A DNA stretch of 64,000 nucleotides from Patescibacteria group bacterium (GTDB lineage: Bacteria; Patescibacteriota; Patescibacteriia; Magasanikbacterales; GWA2-37-8). Position numbers and translations under genes: made by a program. Shown here in pieces: positions 10,043-20,325 of this stretch. How positions within the stretch are numbered: the first letter of the stretch is position 1; the number at the start of each line of letters is the position of its first letter. The notes beneath the pieces were generated by a model that did no database searches, was not told the origin of the DNA, and saw nothing but the letters and a program-made list of their open reading frames with translations. Location: positions 32,001-96,000 of the forward strand of contig SCQK01000013.1 of NCBI GenBank assembly GCA_004321885.1, written 5' to 3'.

Positions 10043-11064
10043 ATACTCGCCTCAATTATTAAATCCAGCATCTCGGGAAAAGAGATTCCCATTTTTGCGG
10101 CCGCCTCGGGAAACAAGCTCGCCGGCGTCATACCGGGAATGGTGTTGGTCTCTATCACATAAATTTTTCCGTCGTCGGCCACAAACATATCGGTGCGCGA
10201 CATTCCCCTGCAATCCAAAATTTTGTGCGCCTTCTTTGCCAATTCCTGAATTTCTTTATTCACCTTTGCCGAAAAATCCGCCGGACAAATATGCGTGGAA
10301 CCGCCAGCCGCGTATTTTGACTTATAATCATAAAACTCGCCCAAATTAGGCAAAATATGAGTGGGCGGAAACGCAATCAGCTCTCCCCTCTTCTCTATTA
10401 TTCCGCAGGTGGCTTCCTTTCCTCTGATAAATTTCTGCGCCATTAACCACGGAAATTTTTTAATCGTTTTGTTCACGGCTTTTATCAATTCATTTTCATT
10501 TTTTACGATACTCACACCCACGGCCGAACCCTGGTCAACCGGTTTGAGCACGCACGGGTAGCTGATATTTTTTTTCACAACCGCGAGAAACTTTGGCTGA
10601 TTATTTTTCCACTCGTCTTTCTTAAAATGTTCAAACTTTGGGTGCGGCAGACCGTTGTGTTCATAAATCTGTCCGCTAAAAACTTTGTTCATGGCCAGGG
10701 CGCTGGCCAATACGCGCGAGCCTGTGTAAGGAATATCCAAACTTTCCAGCAACCCTTGTAAGCTGCCGTCTTCACCGAATGTGCCGTGAAGGGCAATAAA
10801 AACAACATCAATTTTTTTGTTTGCTTCCTCTCCGCTTTTCATCAATTTCGTTTCGTCGCTTAACTTTAGCGCGCCGACGGAATTCAATTGATGATAGAAT
10901 TTTTTATCAAACAAAATTTTGCGCTTTTGGTCTATTTCAAACGGCAGAATTTCATATTTTTTTTTGTCCAAACCCCTGCAAATCGCCTTGCCGGTAATAA
11001 GCGATATTTTTCTCTCGGCCGATGGGCCTCCCATCAGTACGCTAACGGATAATTTTTTTGGCAT
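10039..11064 (-). CDS. ddl: D-alanine--D-alanine ligase.
   Basis: ORF 10039..11217 trimmed to the MPKKLSVSVLMGGPSAER start. ATP-grasp Ddl sequence. Confidence 0.85.
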   Translation of the reverse strand: MPKKLSVSVLMGGPSAERKISLITGKAICRGLDKKKYEILPFEIDQKRKILFDKKFYHQLNSVGALKLSDETKLMKSGEEANKKIDVVFIALHGTFGEDGSLQGLLESLDIPYTGSRVLASALAMNKVFSGQIYEHNGLPHPKFEHFKKDEWKNNQPKFLAVVKKNISYPCVLKPVDQGSAVGVSIVKNENELIKAVNKTIKKFPWLMAQKFIRGKEATCGIIEKRGELIAFPPTHILPNLGEFYDYKSKYAAGGSTHICPADFSAKVNKEIQELAKKAHKILDCRGMSRTDMFVADDGKIYVIETNTIPGMTPASLFPEAAAKMGISFPEMLDLIIEASI

Positions 11065-11074
11065 AACTAAAACT

Positions 11075-12295
11075 TTAAGGCAAATACGGCTGCGGGTCAA
11101 CGGGAATGCCGCTCTGTCTAATTTCAAAATGCAAATGCGGACCCGTAACAAACGGCCCGGCGCCGGCTGTACCCGGGGTGCCGCCGCTGTAACCGATAAT
11201 ATCGCCTTTGGCCACAAACTGGTCTTCGGCCACGCTGATACTGCTCATGTGCCCGTATAAAGTGGACAAATTTCCGGGATGCACGATAAGTGTGTAGCTG
11301 TAACAGCTGGCGCTGGAACACCGCTTGGCCCGCGCCACATAACCCGAGGCCGAGGCCTGAATGGGCGTCCCCTGCTTGGCGCGAATATCAATGCCGCTGT
11401 GTTCAAAGACCTTGCGATAGGGGTATTCCGGATCGTGAAACAGGGCCGTGATAAACCGGCCCGGGACCGGCCAGTCAAAATCAGTACTGCCCGCCGATAA
11501 TTTGTTGCTGGCCGCCAATTTCTTTCGCACCTCGTTCTCAAAACCCTTGACCTCGTCTTCTATCTGCTGATACTGCCGCCGCAGGCTGGTAAGCAGGGTC
11601 TGGTATTGCATTTCCGAACTTTTTGTCTGAATAAGCAAACTCTGTTTGACAAAAGTATCTTCCAGCAAGTCTCCCTTCCTGCCTTCCAATTCTTCCTTCA
11701 AATTATCGTACATTTTTTTTCTGTTCTCCACCTGCTCTTTTTTTGACTGTAAATCTTCTTTGGCCAGTCTGATGGTTTTGGCCGAGCGTCCCAAATCAGT
11801 ATAAACATTTTCCAGATATTGAACTTGATTATAAAATTCGGAAAAACTTTTGTTCGTGAGCAAAATTTCCAAGTAGCCTTTTTGCTTATCGGCGTTGATT
11901 TCCCTCATCATTTTCGCTATTATTCTTTTTTCTTTCTCAATAGCCTGCTGTTTCGCCGTTATAGACAGCTCCAAGGCCTCAATTTCCAGCTTGGCCTGCT
12001 TGATTTTTTCTTCGGTAAGCTCAATTTCCGTTTTGAGCTGGTCCACATGATTGTCAAGGATGCTCAACTGATTGCGCAATGACACGGCCTCGGTCTGCTT
12101 TTGCCTGATACTGCGCTTGTAGCTTTCTATTGTCTTTTCCAATTCCTTAATCTTGTCTTTTCGCTCCTGAATTTTGCTGTTCAGCTCTTTTATCTCTTCG
12201 CTCGCCTGCCCCTCTTGCGCCAAAACAGAAAAATTTTGCCAAAGCGGCAAAGCAATAATAATCGCTCCCAAAATTACGACAAGCCTTAATCTCAT
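11075..12295 (-). CDS. M23 family murein endopeptidase with N-terminal signal and coiled coil (EnvC-like).
   Basis: Long coiled-coil region, then M23 motifs HSGIDI...GHMSS...HLHFEI. Confidence 0.8.
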   Translation of the reverse strand: MRLRLVVILGAIIIALPLWQNFSVLAQEGQASEEIKELNSKIQERKDKIKELEKTIESYKRSIRQKQTEAVSLRNQLSILDNHVDQLKTEIELTEEKIKQAKLEIEALELSITAKQQAIEKEKRIIAKMMREINADKQKGYLEILLTNKSFSEFYNQVQYLENVYTDLGRSAKTIRLAKEDLQSKKEQVENRKKMYDNLKEELEGRKGDLLEDTFVKQSLLIQTKSSEMQYQTLLTSLRRQYQQIEDEVKGFENEVRKKLAASNKLSAGSTDFDWPVPGRFITALFHDPEYPYRKVFEHSGIDIRAKQGTPIQASASGYVARAKRCSSASCYSYTLIVHPGNLSTLYGHMSSISVAEDQFVAKGDIIGYSGGTPGTAGAGPFVTGPHLHFEIRQSGIPVDPQPYLP

Positions 12296-12313
12296 GGGAA
12301 TATTTTACAATTC

Positions 12314-13738
12314 TTAGATAATTTTTGCAATCGCTTTGTCAAGCCGGGCCAGGGATTCCGCTTTCCCCAAAACCTCGGCGATTTCAAACGGCCCGGGAGA
12401 ATTTTGCTGGCCGGAAAGCGCCACGCGCATGGGCCACAACGCCGCTCCAACAGAATATCCTTTTTCCGCGAGCCACTCCCCTATCCCCTGCTCCAACTTA
12501 CCCATATTCCAGGCTTGAACACTAAATGTGTTCAATAATTTGGCTAACTCTGGCAAAATTTTAGCAACTTCTTGCCTGTTACTCTTTTTCCAAACCAGCA
12601 AATCAGATGGGTAATCGGGCAAAACAAACACAAACTTCAAGGCCCCGGGCAACTCGGACAATGTCGTAATTCGTTCTCTTTCCAAACCGACAGCTCGCTC
12701 AATCAATTCCTTGTTCTCTATGCTATATTCTTTATTCGCGTTAAACCACGGCTCGGCGATTTTGGCCAGTTCTTTATCGGACAATTTTTTAATATACTCC
12801 TTATTATACCAATCAAGTTTATCTACATTAAACACCGCGCCGGCTCTGCCCGCCTTAGTGATGTCAAATTCTTTGACCAACTCTTTTAAAGAAAAAAATT
12901 CTTTATCCGTGCCCGGATTCCACCCCAAAAATGCCACAAAATTCACCAGGGCTTCGGGCAAGTACCCTTTCTGGCGATAGTCCTCCACCGACACATCACC
13001 CTGGCGCTTGCTCAACTTTGATTTATCAGGATTGAGCAAAAGCGGCAGGTGCGCCATCTGCGGAATATCCCAGCCAAAAAAATTATATAACTGAATATGC
13101 TTGGGCACGCTGGAAATCCATTCCTCGCCGCGAATAATGTGCGTTATTTTCATTTCGTGGTCATCGACCACCACGGCCAAATGATAAGTGGGATAGCCGT
13201 CGGATTTTATCAGCACCTGGTCGTCCACCAATTCATTCTTAAATCTCACTTCCCCGCGTATTAAATCATTAAAAACCGTCTCACCGCTAACGGGCATCTT
13301 CATTCTTATCACATGCCTCTCCCCTGCTTGCACGCGCTGGCCGGCTTCCTTCGGGTCTATGTCCCGACAGAGACCGTCGTAGCCAGTAGGTATTTTTTTG
13401 TCCTTCTGTTTTTGACGTAAGTTTTCCAGCCGCTCGGCCGAGCAAAAACAATAATACGCGTGGTCCTCTTTTATCAACTGCTCGACGTGCCGGTGATAAA
13501 TATCCAGACGCTTGGATTGCTCAAACGGCCCTTCGTCAAATTTTATCCCGGACCAAGCCAATGATTTTATAATATTCTCCACCCCGCCCTCCACATATCT
13601 TTCTCTGTCTGTATCTTCAATGCGCAACACAAACTTTCCGCCGTTTTGTTTGGCGAACAAATAATTATACAAAGCTGTCCGGAGTCCTCCGACATGCAAA
13701 AACCCTGTGGGACTGGGAGCAAAACGAGTTCTTACCAT
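12314..13738 (-). CDS. gltX: Glutamyl-tRNA synthetase.
   Basis: RFAPSPTGFLHVGGLRTALYNY (HIGH motif) and KLSKRQG (KMSKS variant). Confidence 0.95.
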   Translation of the reverse strand: MVRTRFAPSPTGFLHVGGLRTALYNYLFAKQNGGKFVLRIEDTDRERYVEGGVENIIKSLAWSGIKFDEGPFEQSKRLDIYHRHVEQLIKEDHAYYCFCSAERLENLRQKQKDKKIPTGYDGLCRDIDPKEAGQRVQAGERHVIRMKMPVSGETVFNDLIRGEVRFKNELVDDQVLIKSDGYPTYHLAVVVDDHEMKITHIIRGEEWISSVPKHIQLYNFFGWDIPQMAHLPLLLNPDKSKLSKRQGDVSVEDYRQKGYLPEALVNFVAFLGWNPGTDKEFFSLKELVKEFDITKAGRAGAVFNVDKLDWYNKEYIKKLSDKELAKIAEPWFNANKEYSIENKELIERAVGLERERITTLSELPGALKFVFVLPDYPSDLLVWKKSNRQEVAKILPELAKLLNTFSVQAWNMGKLEQGIGEWLAEKGYSVGAALWPMRVALSGQQNSPGPFEIAEVLGKAESLARLDKAIAKII

Positions 13739-13757
13739 AAAATTTGCTGTAAAGCGC

Positions 13758-13835
13758 GGCTGAATGTGTTCGCAGCGCCTTATCCCGACTCAGTCGGGAT
13801 GGCCGAGGCCTCGCGGCCGAGGAAAGCGAGAACGC
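13758..13835. repeat. Structured intergenic element with nested inverted repeats (GCGCGGCTGAATGTGTTCGC...GCGAGAACGCATTCAGCCGCGC, CCCGACTCAGTCGGG, CGAGGCCTCG).
   Basis: Read directly. Lies between wecB-like and gltX, both minus strand. Its core resembles the family-1 palindrome core. Confidence 0.5.
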
Positions 13836-13837
13836 AT

Positions 13838-14575
13838 TCAGCCGCGCGAACTTATCAATAAATATGTAAATCTTATAGTCGCGTTAAAGATACGTTCAAA
13901 CCGTCGCGGCTGCGTCAACAACCGGTACATCCATTCTAACCCAACTTTACGCATCAGTAAAGGCGCGCGCTTTACTTTTCCAGAAAGATAATCAAAGGCC
14001 CCGCCCACGCCCATGGCTATTTTTACCGACGGCATTTTTGACAAATTTTCGTGTATCCATTTTTCCTGTTTGCCCATCCCAAAAGCGACAAAGAGAATAT
14101 CCGGCCGTGATTGATTAATTAGTTGAATCGTTGAATTGTCAACTGATTGGAAATTCTCGCTAATAGCCGGTCCCTTATCGCACCCTGCTATTTTCAAATT
14201 CGGAAACTGTTGTTTCAAATTTTCCGCCGCTTTTCTGACAACTTCGTCCTCACCGGAGCCGAGCAAATACACGCTCCTCCCCTCTTCGGCCGCCACTTGA
14301 CACAACTCCAGCATAAAATTCGCGCCGGTGATGCGCGGCGCTTTTGTCCCTGCTAAACGGCAAGCCAACGCCAATCCAAACCCATCGCACAAGTTCAAAT
14401 CGCCAGCGTTCAAAATATTTTTAAAATTTTCATCTTTTTGCGCCTTCACCGCCATCTCGGGATTGGGCGTAAATATCTTGTGCTGCTTGCCTATCAAGTC
14501 ACGCAAAAACTCACGCGCCCTCTCGCGCGCTCCTTCCAAATCCATCTCATCAACTTTCACTCCCAAAATCATCAT
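13838..14575 (-). CDS. WecB/TagA/CpsF family glycosyltransferase.
   Basis: Sequence typical of UDP-ManNAc transferases (LNLCDGFGLALA, MGVGGAFDYLSGKVKRAP). Confidence 0.75.
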   Translation of the reverse strand: MMILGVKVDEMDLEGARERAREFLRDLIGKQHKIFTPNPEMAVKAQKDENFKNILNAGDLNLCDGFGLALACRLAGTKAPRITGANFMLELCQVAAEEGRSVYLLGSGEDEVVRKAAENLKQQFPNLKIAGCDKGPAISENFQSVDNSTIQLINQSRPDILFVAFGMGKQEKWIHENLSKMPSVKIAMGVGGAFDYLSGKVKRAPLLMRKVGLEWMYRLLTQPRRFERIFNATIRFTYLLISSRG

Positions 14576-15126
14576 GGGGTCAGCTTAAAAGTTTGTAAAA
14601 TATTGTAAACCGGACCGGCCGGCGCGAGTTCGCTTTCTATCAGCTCTATTTTATCCGCGAGCCAGTTAATTTTTTCTATTGGCATGGCGGCAAGCCCGTT
14701 CGGATTATTCCATTCTCGCTTCACTCTGCCCAATGTAATGTGCGGCCGCCAAATATGGTCTTCAAATTCCAGCCCCAAGGCAAATAATTTTTCTTCCAGA
14801 TCTTTATGCAACTTCGCGCAGTCGCGTTTTTCCTCGGCCGCGGCGCAAACCAGCACTTTTGGCCGGTTCAAGTCGGGAAAACCGTCCAGTGAATCAAGCC
14901 AAATTGAAAATCCGGGGCGTTTGGCCGCCTCGTCCAGGACTTTTTTTACTTGTTCCGCCTGCCCGTCTGTGATATCGCCCAAAAAAGCCAGCGTGATATG
15001 CATATTCTGCCGTTCTGTCCATTTTATCGGTACGCGCTCATTCAGCCGTTTTATCTCATTCTGCGCCAATTCCAACTCATTTTTGGCCTCTTCCGGCACC
15101 GGCAAGGCAATGAAAATTCGCGGCAT
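14572..15126 (-). CDS. thpR: RNA 2',3'-cyclic phosphodiesterase (2H phosphoesterase, ThpR/LigT-like).
   Basis: Two HxT motifs (HITLAF, HITLGR). Confidence 0.75.
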   Translation of the reverse strand: MPRIFIALPVPEEAKNELELAQNEIKRLNERVPIKWTERQNMHITLAFLGDITDGQAEQVKKVLDEAAKRPGFSIWLDSLDGFPDLNRPKVLVCAAAEEKRDCAKLHKDLEEKLFALGLEFEDHIWRPHITLGRVKREWNNPNGLAAMPIEKINWLADKIELIESELAPAGPVYNILQTFKLTP

Positions 15127-15149
15127 AATTATGGTAATGATACCATATC

Positions 15150-15179
15150 TTGACAGCCCAGGACAACCCGTGCTATTAT
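15150..15179 (+). promoter_or_regulatory. Sigma70-like promoter for clpB (TTGACA-18-TATTAT).
   Basis: cTTGACAgcccaggacaacccgtgcTATTATc. Confidence 0.5.
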
Positions 15180-15202
15180 CACTCTATTAAGGAGAGTGAT
15201 AA
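15176..15202 (+). promoter_or_regulatory. CIRCE-like inverted repeat (putative HrcA operator), TTATCACTC-N9-GAGTGATAA. It overlaps the -10 element and the RBS of clpB.
   Basis: The CIRCE consensus is TTAGCACTC-N9-GAGTGCTAA; this copy has one mismatch per arm. The AAGGAG RBS sits in the 9-nt loop and the ATG is at 15204. Confidence 0.55.
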
Positions 15203-15203
15203 T

Positions 15204-17846
15204 ATGATTCCCCAAAACTTCACCAATAAAGCCCAGGAAGCCATCCAAAACGCGGCCCGCATCGCCTTTGAAAACAGCGGCCAGCAAGTAGAGCCGCCGC
15301 ATGTCTTTTTTTCGCTTTTAGAGGGCTCGGAAAGCATCATCAACTCGGTTTTTGCTAAAATCAACACCAACCTCATCGCCCTGAAAGCCGAAACCCAGTC
15401 GCTGATAGACCGCCTGCCCAAACAAACCTTAAATATTCTAAGCGGCGGCCTGGGGCAAATTTTGCTTGGCCAAGGGACGCTTTATTTATTTCAAACAGCC
15501 GGCGGCGAGGCCAAAAAAATGGGAGACGAGTATATTTCATTAGAGCATCTCTTGCTCGCCTTTACCACCACCAAAAATCCGGTCAGCGACCTCTTGGCGC
15601 GCCATGGAGTGAACTATGACAAAATTATCCAGGTGCTGGCGGGCATCCGCGGCTCGCAAAAAATAGACAGCCCTGAGCCAGAAAATAAATACAATGTTTT
15701 AGAAAAATACGGCAAAAATCTCACGGCCCTGGCGGCCAAAGAAAAACTTGACCCGGTCATCGGACGCGACATTGAAATCCGCCGCGTCATGCAGATACTT
15801 TCCCGCCGCACCAAAAACAACCCGGTGCTCATCGGCGAGCCGGGCACAGGCAAAACCGCCATTGTTGAAGGGTTGGCCCAACGCATTGTGAACGGCGACG
15901 TGCCCGAATCTTTGCACAATAAAGAAATCGTGTCCCTTGATATTGGCTCGCTTTTGGCCGGCACCAAATTCCGCGGCGAATTTGAAGAGCGCCTCAAGGC
16001 CGTACTTAAAGAAATAGACAGCTCGGCCGGCAAAATCATTCTATTTATTGATGAATTACACACCATCGTCGGCGCCGGCTCTTCCGAAGGCTCGGTGGAC
16101 GCCAGCAATATGTTAAAGCCCGCTTTGTCGCGCGGCACCCTGCACGCCATCGGCGCCACCACCCTCAAAGAATACCAAAAATACATAGAAAAAGACGCAG
16201 CCCTGGAGCGCCGCTTCCAGCCGGTGCTGGTATTGGAACCGTCGCGCGACGACGCCGTCGCGATACTTCGCGGCATCAAAGAAAAATACGAAGTACATCA
16301 CGGCGTGCGCATCACCGACGCCGCCATTATTTCGGCCGTAGACCTGTCCCAGCGCTACATCACCGACCGCTTTTTGCCCGACAAGGCCATAGACCTGATA
16401 GACGAAGCCACCTCGGCCCTGCGCATGCAGATAGACTCCATGCCCGACGAGCTGGATGCCATGAAGCGCAAAATGCTGAAACTGGAAATTGAAAAGCGCG
16501 CCCTGAAAAAAGAAACCGACGAAATTTCCAAAAAACGGCTCAATGATTTGGAAAAAGAACTGGCCAACCTGAAAGAAGAAAGCTCGGCTTTGGAAGGCCG
16601 CTGGAAAAACGAAAAAGAAATCATCGGCGTGATTCACGAAAGCAAAAAAGAAATTGAGCGCTTAAAATCACAAGCCGAAATAGAAGAGCGCAGGGGTGAT
16701 TTGCAAAAAGTCGCCGAAATTCGCTATGGCCGCATTCCCGAACTGGAAACCGCCATCAAAAACAGCGAGCGCAAGCTAGTGAAAATGCAAAAAGAGCGCG
16801 GCATCTTGAAAGAAGAAGTTACGGAACAAGACATCGCCGGCGCTGTCTCGCGCTGGACTGGCATTCCGGTTTCCAAAATGCTCATGACCGAAGCGGAAAA
16901 ATTGGTCAAAATGGAAAGTGAACTGGCCAAACGGGTGGTGGGACAGGAAGAAGCGGTGGAAACTATTTCCAACGCCATTCGCCGCTCGCGCGCCGGCATC
17001 AGCGAACCCAAGCGCCCCATCGGTTCGTTTATTTTTCTCGGCCCCACCGGCGTGGGCAAAACCGAATTGGCCAAGGCCCTGGCCGAATTTATGTTTGACA
17101 CCGATGAAGCCCTGGTGCGCGTGGATATGAGCGAATATATGGAAAAACACAGTGTGAGCAAAATTATCGGCTCGCCCCCGGGCTACGTGGGCTACGAAGA
17201 AGGCGGACAGCTGACCGAGGTCGTCCGCCGCCGCCCCTACGCCGTGGTCTTGTTTGACGAAATAGAAAAAGCCCACCCGGACGTATTTAATATTTTGTTG
17301 CAAATTTTGGATGACGGAAAAGTAACCGACTCCAAAGGCCGCGCCGTGAACTTCAAAAACACCATCATCATCATGACCAGCAATGTGGGCAGTGAAATGA
17401 TTTTAGACTTCAAGAAACGCGGGGAATTCGGCTTTGCCGAAGAAGCGAAGCCTGGTAAAAAAGACAAACAGGACGAAAAGAAAATTGAAGAAAAAGTGCT
17501 GGAAGCCCTACGCGGCCAATTCAAACCGGAATTTTTAAACCGCGTGGATGATATCGTGATTTTCCATTCCCTCGGGCAAAAACAAATCGCGAAAATAATT
17601 GAGATGCAATTGAATGAATTGCAGGAACGGCTAAGCGAACAACGTATCACTCTAAAAATAGATGAGGCGGCCAAAAAACATTTAGCGCAAAAGGGCTTTA
17701 ACCCCGACTATGGCGCCCGCCCCTTAAAGCGCGTGATTCAAACCGAACTGATGAATCTTTTATCTCTTCGCATTATTGAAGGAAAAATAAAAGACGGCCA
17801 AACCGTCAAAATCTCCGCCGACAAAGGCGCCATTGTCATCGCCTAA
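15204..17846 (+). CDS. clpB: ATP-dependent chaperone ClpB.
   Basis: Two AAA+ modules ([16 protein letters not shown]) with the coiled-coil M-domain. The likely start is MIPQNF at 15204; the ORF track starts earlier, at 15150. Confidence 0.95.
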   Translation: MIPQNFTNKAQEAIQNAARIAFENSGQQVEPPHVFFSLLEGSESIINSVFAKINTNLIALKAETQSLIDRLPKQTLNILSGGLGQILLGQGTLYLFQTAGGEAKKMGDEYISLEHLLLAFTTTKNPVSDLLARHGVNYDKIIQVLAGIRGSQKIDSPEPENKYNVLEKYGKNLTALAAKEKLDPVIGRDIEIRRVMQILSRRTKNNPVLIGEPGTGKTAIVEGLAQRIVNGDVPESLHNKEIVSLDIGSLLAGTKFRGEFEERLKAVLKEIDSSAGKIILFIDELHTIVGAGSSEGSVDASNMLKPALSRGTLHAIGATTLKEYQKYIEKDAALERRFQPVLVLEPSRDDAVAILRGIKEKYEVHHGVRITDAAIISAVDLSQRYITDRFLPDKAIDLIDEATSALRMQIDSMPDELDAMKRKMLKLEIEKRALKKETDEISKKRLNDLEKELANLKEESSALEGRWKNEKEIIGVIHESKKEIERLKSQAEIEERRGDLQKVAEIRYGRIPELETAIKNSERKLVKMQKERGILKEEVTEQDIAGAVSRWTGIPVSKMLMTEAEKLVKMESELAKRVVGQEEAVETISNAIRRSRAGISEPKRPIGSFIFLGPTGVGKTELAKALAEFMFDTDEALVRVDMSEYMEKHSVSKIIGSPPGYVGYEEGGQLTEVVRRRPYAVVLFDEIEKAHPDVFNILLQILDDGKVTDSKGRAVNFKNTIIIMTSNVGSEMILDFKKRGEFGFAEEAKPGKKDKQDEKKIEEKVLEALRGQFKPEFLNRVDDIVIFHSLGQKQIAKIIEMQLNELQERLSEQRITLKIDEAAKKHLAQKGFNPDYGARPLKRVIQTELMNLLSLRIIEGKIKDGQTVKISADKGAIVIA

Positions 17847-17848
17847 AT

Positions 17849-17881
17849 TACCCCCCCTCCTTTCGGAGGAGGGGGCGAGGG
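17849..17881. terminator. Bidirectional terminator hairpin between clpB and typA (CCCCCTCCTTTCGGAGGAGGGGG).
   Basis: Perfect GC-rich stem-loop read directly, in a convergent gene arrangement. Confidence 0.55.
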
Positions 17882-17916
17882 GGTGGTGCAAAAAAACCGC
17901 GACATCAGGGAGGGAC

Positions 17917-19716
17917 TTATACGACTGCCGGTTTTTTACGGACCGCCCGCACCCTGCCGGTTTCCGTGAGTATTTGTTTTCGCAAACGAATGCTCTTGGG
18001 AGTAACTTCCAAATATTCGTCTTCGGCCATCATCTCCAAGCCGCGCTCCAGATTCAATTCCAGAGGCGGCGTAAGTTGAATAGCAATATCCGCGTTAGAA
18101 GATCGCATGTTGGTCAAATTTTTGCCTTTGATCGGATTTACCACCATATCCAGGCCTTTGGCCGTGGCGCCAATCACTTGCCCCTCGTAAACCTCCACGT
18201 TCGGACCCACGAACAGCGCCCCGCGCTCCTGCAAATTGGAAAGGGAATAGGCCAACGTTTTACCTGTCTCTCCGGAAATCATTGAACCGGTTTCTTTCTT
18301 TTCAATATCGCCGACATACGGCTTGAAGCCGATGACTTCACCGCACAGTATTCCTTCGCCGCGCGTATCCACGATAAATTCGCCGCGGTAGCCGAGCAGG
18401 CCGCGGGTGGGTATTTCGTAAACCATTCTGGTATGATTTTGCTCGGGGCGCATCTCCAGCATCTGTCCTTTTCTTTTGGCCATTTTTTCAATCACTGTTC
18501 CGCAAAATTCCGGCGGCACGTCAATGGTCACTTCTTCAAACGGCTCGCGCTTCACGCCGTCCACTTCTTTGATAATTACTTGCGGCTGGGAAACCTGCAC
18601 TTCAAAACCATCGCGCCGCATATTTTCCAAAAGAATGGCGATATGCAATTCGCCGCGGCCATAGACTTTGCAATAATCAACCGCGGAAAAATCAATCCTA
18701 AGCCCCACGTTTACCTCCAATTCCTTTTGCAAGCGCTCCCTTATCTGCCGGCTGGTCACATACTTGCCCTCGCGTCCGGCAAAAGATGAATTATTCACCA
18801 AAAAATTAAGCGAGATGGTCGGCTCGTCTATCTTTATCGCCGGCAAGGATTGCTGTTCTTTGTTCGCGCAAACCGTATCGCCGATATAAATGTCGGGCAG
18901 ACCGGCGAGCATCACAATATCCCCGGCTGTCGCTTCCGAAACTTCTTTTTTCGTCAGCCCTTCAAAGGTGTAAATTTTGGTAATGGCGCCCGAGACAATT
19001 TCGCCGGCTGGTTTTTTCACGAAAACATTATCGCCCAATTTCAAGGTGCCTTGATATATTCGGCCGATGCCCATGCGGCCCAAGTAATTGTCATAAGCCA
19101 GGTTAAACGGTTGAAAAGCGCAGGGCGCGTCAATGTCGGCCACAACCGGTGGCACATTTTCCAAAATTGCGTCCAAAAGAGGCGTCAGGTCTTTGCTCTC
19201 GTCAGTCAGTTTTATCTTGGCTATCCCCTCTTTGGCAATGGCGTAAATAGTTGTGAACTCCAGTTGCTCGGCGTTCGCGCCCAAATCCATGAATAGTTCC
19301 AGAATTTTTTCCTGCGTCCATTCGGGCCGAGCCGCGGCTTTATCAATTTTATTTATCACCACCATCGGCTTCAAGCCCAGCTCAAGCGATTTTTTCAAAA
19401 CGAACTTTGTCTGTGGCATGGGCCCTTCCTGCGCGTCCACCAGAAGCAAAACCGAATCAATGGAGCGCAAGACCCGCTCCACCTCGGAACCGAAATCAGC
19501 GTGCCCGGGGGTGTCCACGATATTTATTTTTGTGCCTTTATAAAAAACCGAGGTATTTTTTGAATAAATCGTAATGCCGCGCTCTTTTTCCAGCGCGTTG
19601 AAATCCATGGTCACGGAATCGTCGGTTACCATGCCGGTCTGGCGCATCAAAGCGTCGGTCAGCTTGGTCTTGCCGTGGTCCACGTGGGCGATAATGGCGA
19701 TGTTTCTAACTTCCAT
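17917..19716 (-). CDS. typA: Translational GTPase TypA/BipA.
   Basis: AIIAHVDHGKTKL and DTPGHADF motifs; 599 aa. Confidence 0.95.
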   Translation of the reverse strand: MEVRNIAIIAHVDHGKTKLTDALMRQTGMVTDDSVTMDFNALEKERGITIYSKNTSVFYKGTKINIVDTPGHADFGSEVERVLRSIDSVLLLVDAQEGPMPQTKFVLKKSLELGLKPMVVINKIDKAAARPEWTQEKILELFMDLGANAEQLEFTTIYAIAKEGIAKIKLTDESKDLTPLLDAILENVPPVVADIDAPCAFQPFNLAYDNYLGRMGIGRIYQGTLKLGDNVFVKKPAGEIVSGAITKIYTFEGLTKKEVSEATAGDIVMLAGLPDIYIGDTVCANKEQQSLPAIKIDEPTISLNFLVNNSSFAGREGKYVTSRQIRERLQKELEVNVGLRIDFSAVDYCKVYGRGELHIAILLENMRRDGFEVQVSQPQVIIKEVDGVKREPFEEVTIDVPPEFCGTVIEKMAKRKGQMLEMRPEQNHTRMVYEIPTRGLLGYRGEFIVDTRGEGILCGEVIGFKPYVGDIEKKETGSMISGETGKTLAYSLSNLQERGALFVGPNVEVYEGQVIGATAKGLDMVVNPIKGKNLTNMRSSNADIAIQLTPPLELNLERGLEMMAEDEYLEVTPKSIRLRKQILTETGRVRAVRKKPAVV

Positions 19717-19718
19717 GT

Positions 19719-20228
19719 CTACTCCCTCTTCTTCGCCGCCGCCTTTTTGAGAACCGCTTTTGTCTTAGTTAAAACGTTTTTGCTCTTTTTCGTCTCTTTG
19801 ACTTCCTTTTTATCGGATTGTTCCGGAGCCGAAACCTTAAAAGCAGTGGCTGATAACGTGATTAAAATTTTGTCCAGCTTGACGTTTAGCGCTTCAAATT
19901 GCGCCTTAAATTGATTCTGATTCTGGCCGCCCTCCCTGTTACCGCCGCCAAAGGCCTGAAATGACGGCCCGTTGCCGCCAAAAGATTGGCGCTGTGGCCT
20001 GTTACCGCCGGCATTGTCGCCAAAACCTTTCCTGCCAAAACCACCCCTGGGTTTGTCAAAACCCGCGTCTCTTTGGCTTTTGAAACAATTACTGCAAAAA
20101 ACAGGCCGGTCGCCGGTTGGCTTGAAAGGCACTTCGCAATTGTTGCCGCATTTGCTGCAAACCGCCTGAAACATGGCCTGTCTTCCCTGGCCTCGATTAA
20201 ATCTATTGCCTCGGTTAAAATTGCCCAT
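19719..20228 (-). CDS. Low-complexity protein. Order: Arg/Gly/Asn-rich N-terminus, a zinc ribbon (CSKCGNNCEVPFKPTGDRPVFCSNC), a GGN-rich segment, a Lys-rich C-terminal tail.
   Basis: CxxC-x(17)-CxxC with a conserved (V/L)PF(K/Q)PxGDRPV(F/Y)C core, shared with the ORF at 52254..52565. Sits immediately upstream of typA with a 3-bp spacing. Confidence 0.5.
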   Translation of the reverse strand: MGNFNRGNRFNRGQGRQAMFQAVCSKCGNNCEVPFKPTGDRPVFCSNCFKSQRDAGFDKPRGGFGRKGFGDNAGGNRPQRQSFGGNGPSFQAFGGGNREGGQNQNQFKAQFEALNVKLDKILITLSATAFKVSAPEQSDKKEVKETKKSKNVLTKTKAVLKKAAAKKRE

Positions 20229-20325
20229 ACGCGAAATATTAGATTATTTAACTCAACCAAGCCAAGCATACCCCTTTTTCAGACAAATAGCAATACCTGG
20301 CCCTTTGTGGTATGATAAAAGTGGT

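Noticed and set aside
16113-17303. Several 145-221-aa minus-strand ORFs inside clpB.
   Set aside because: They are antisense to an unambiguous ClpB reading frame.
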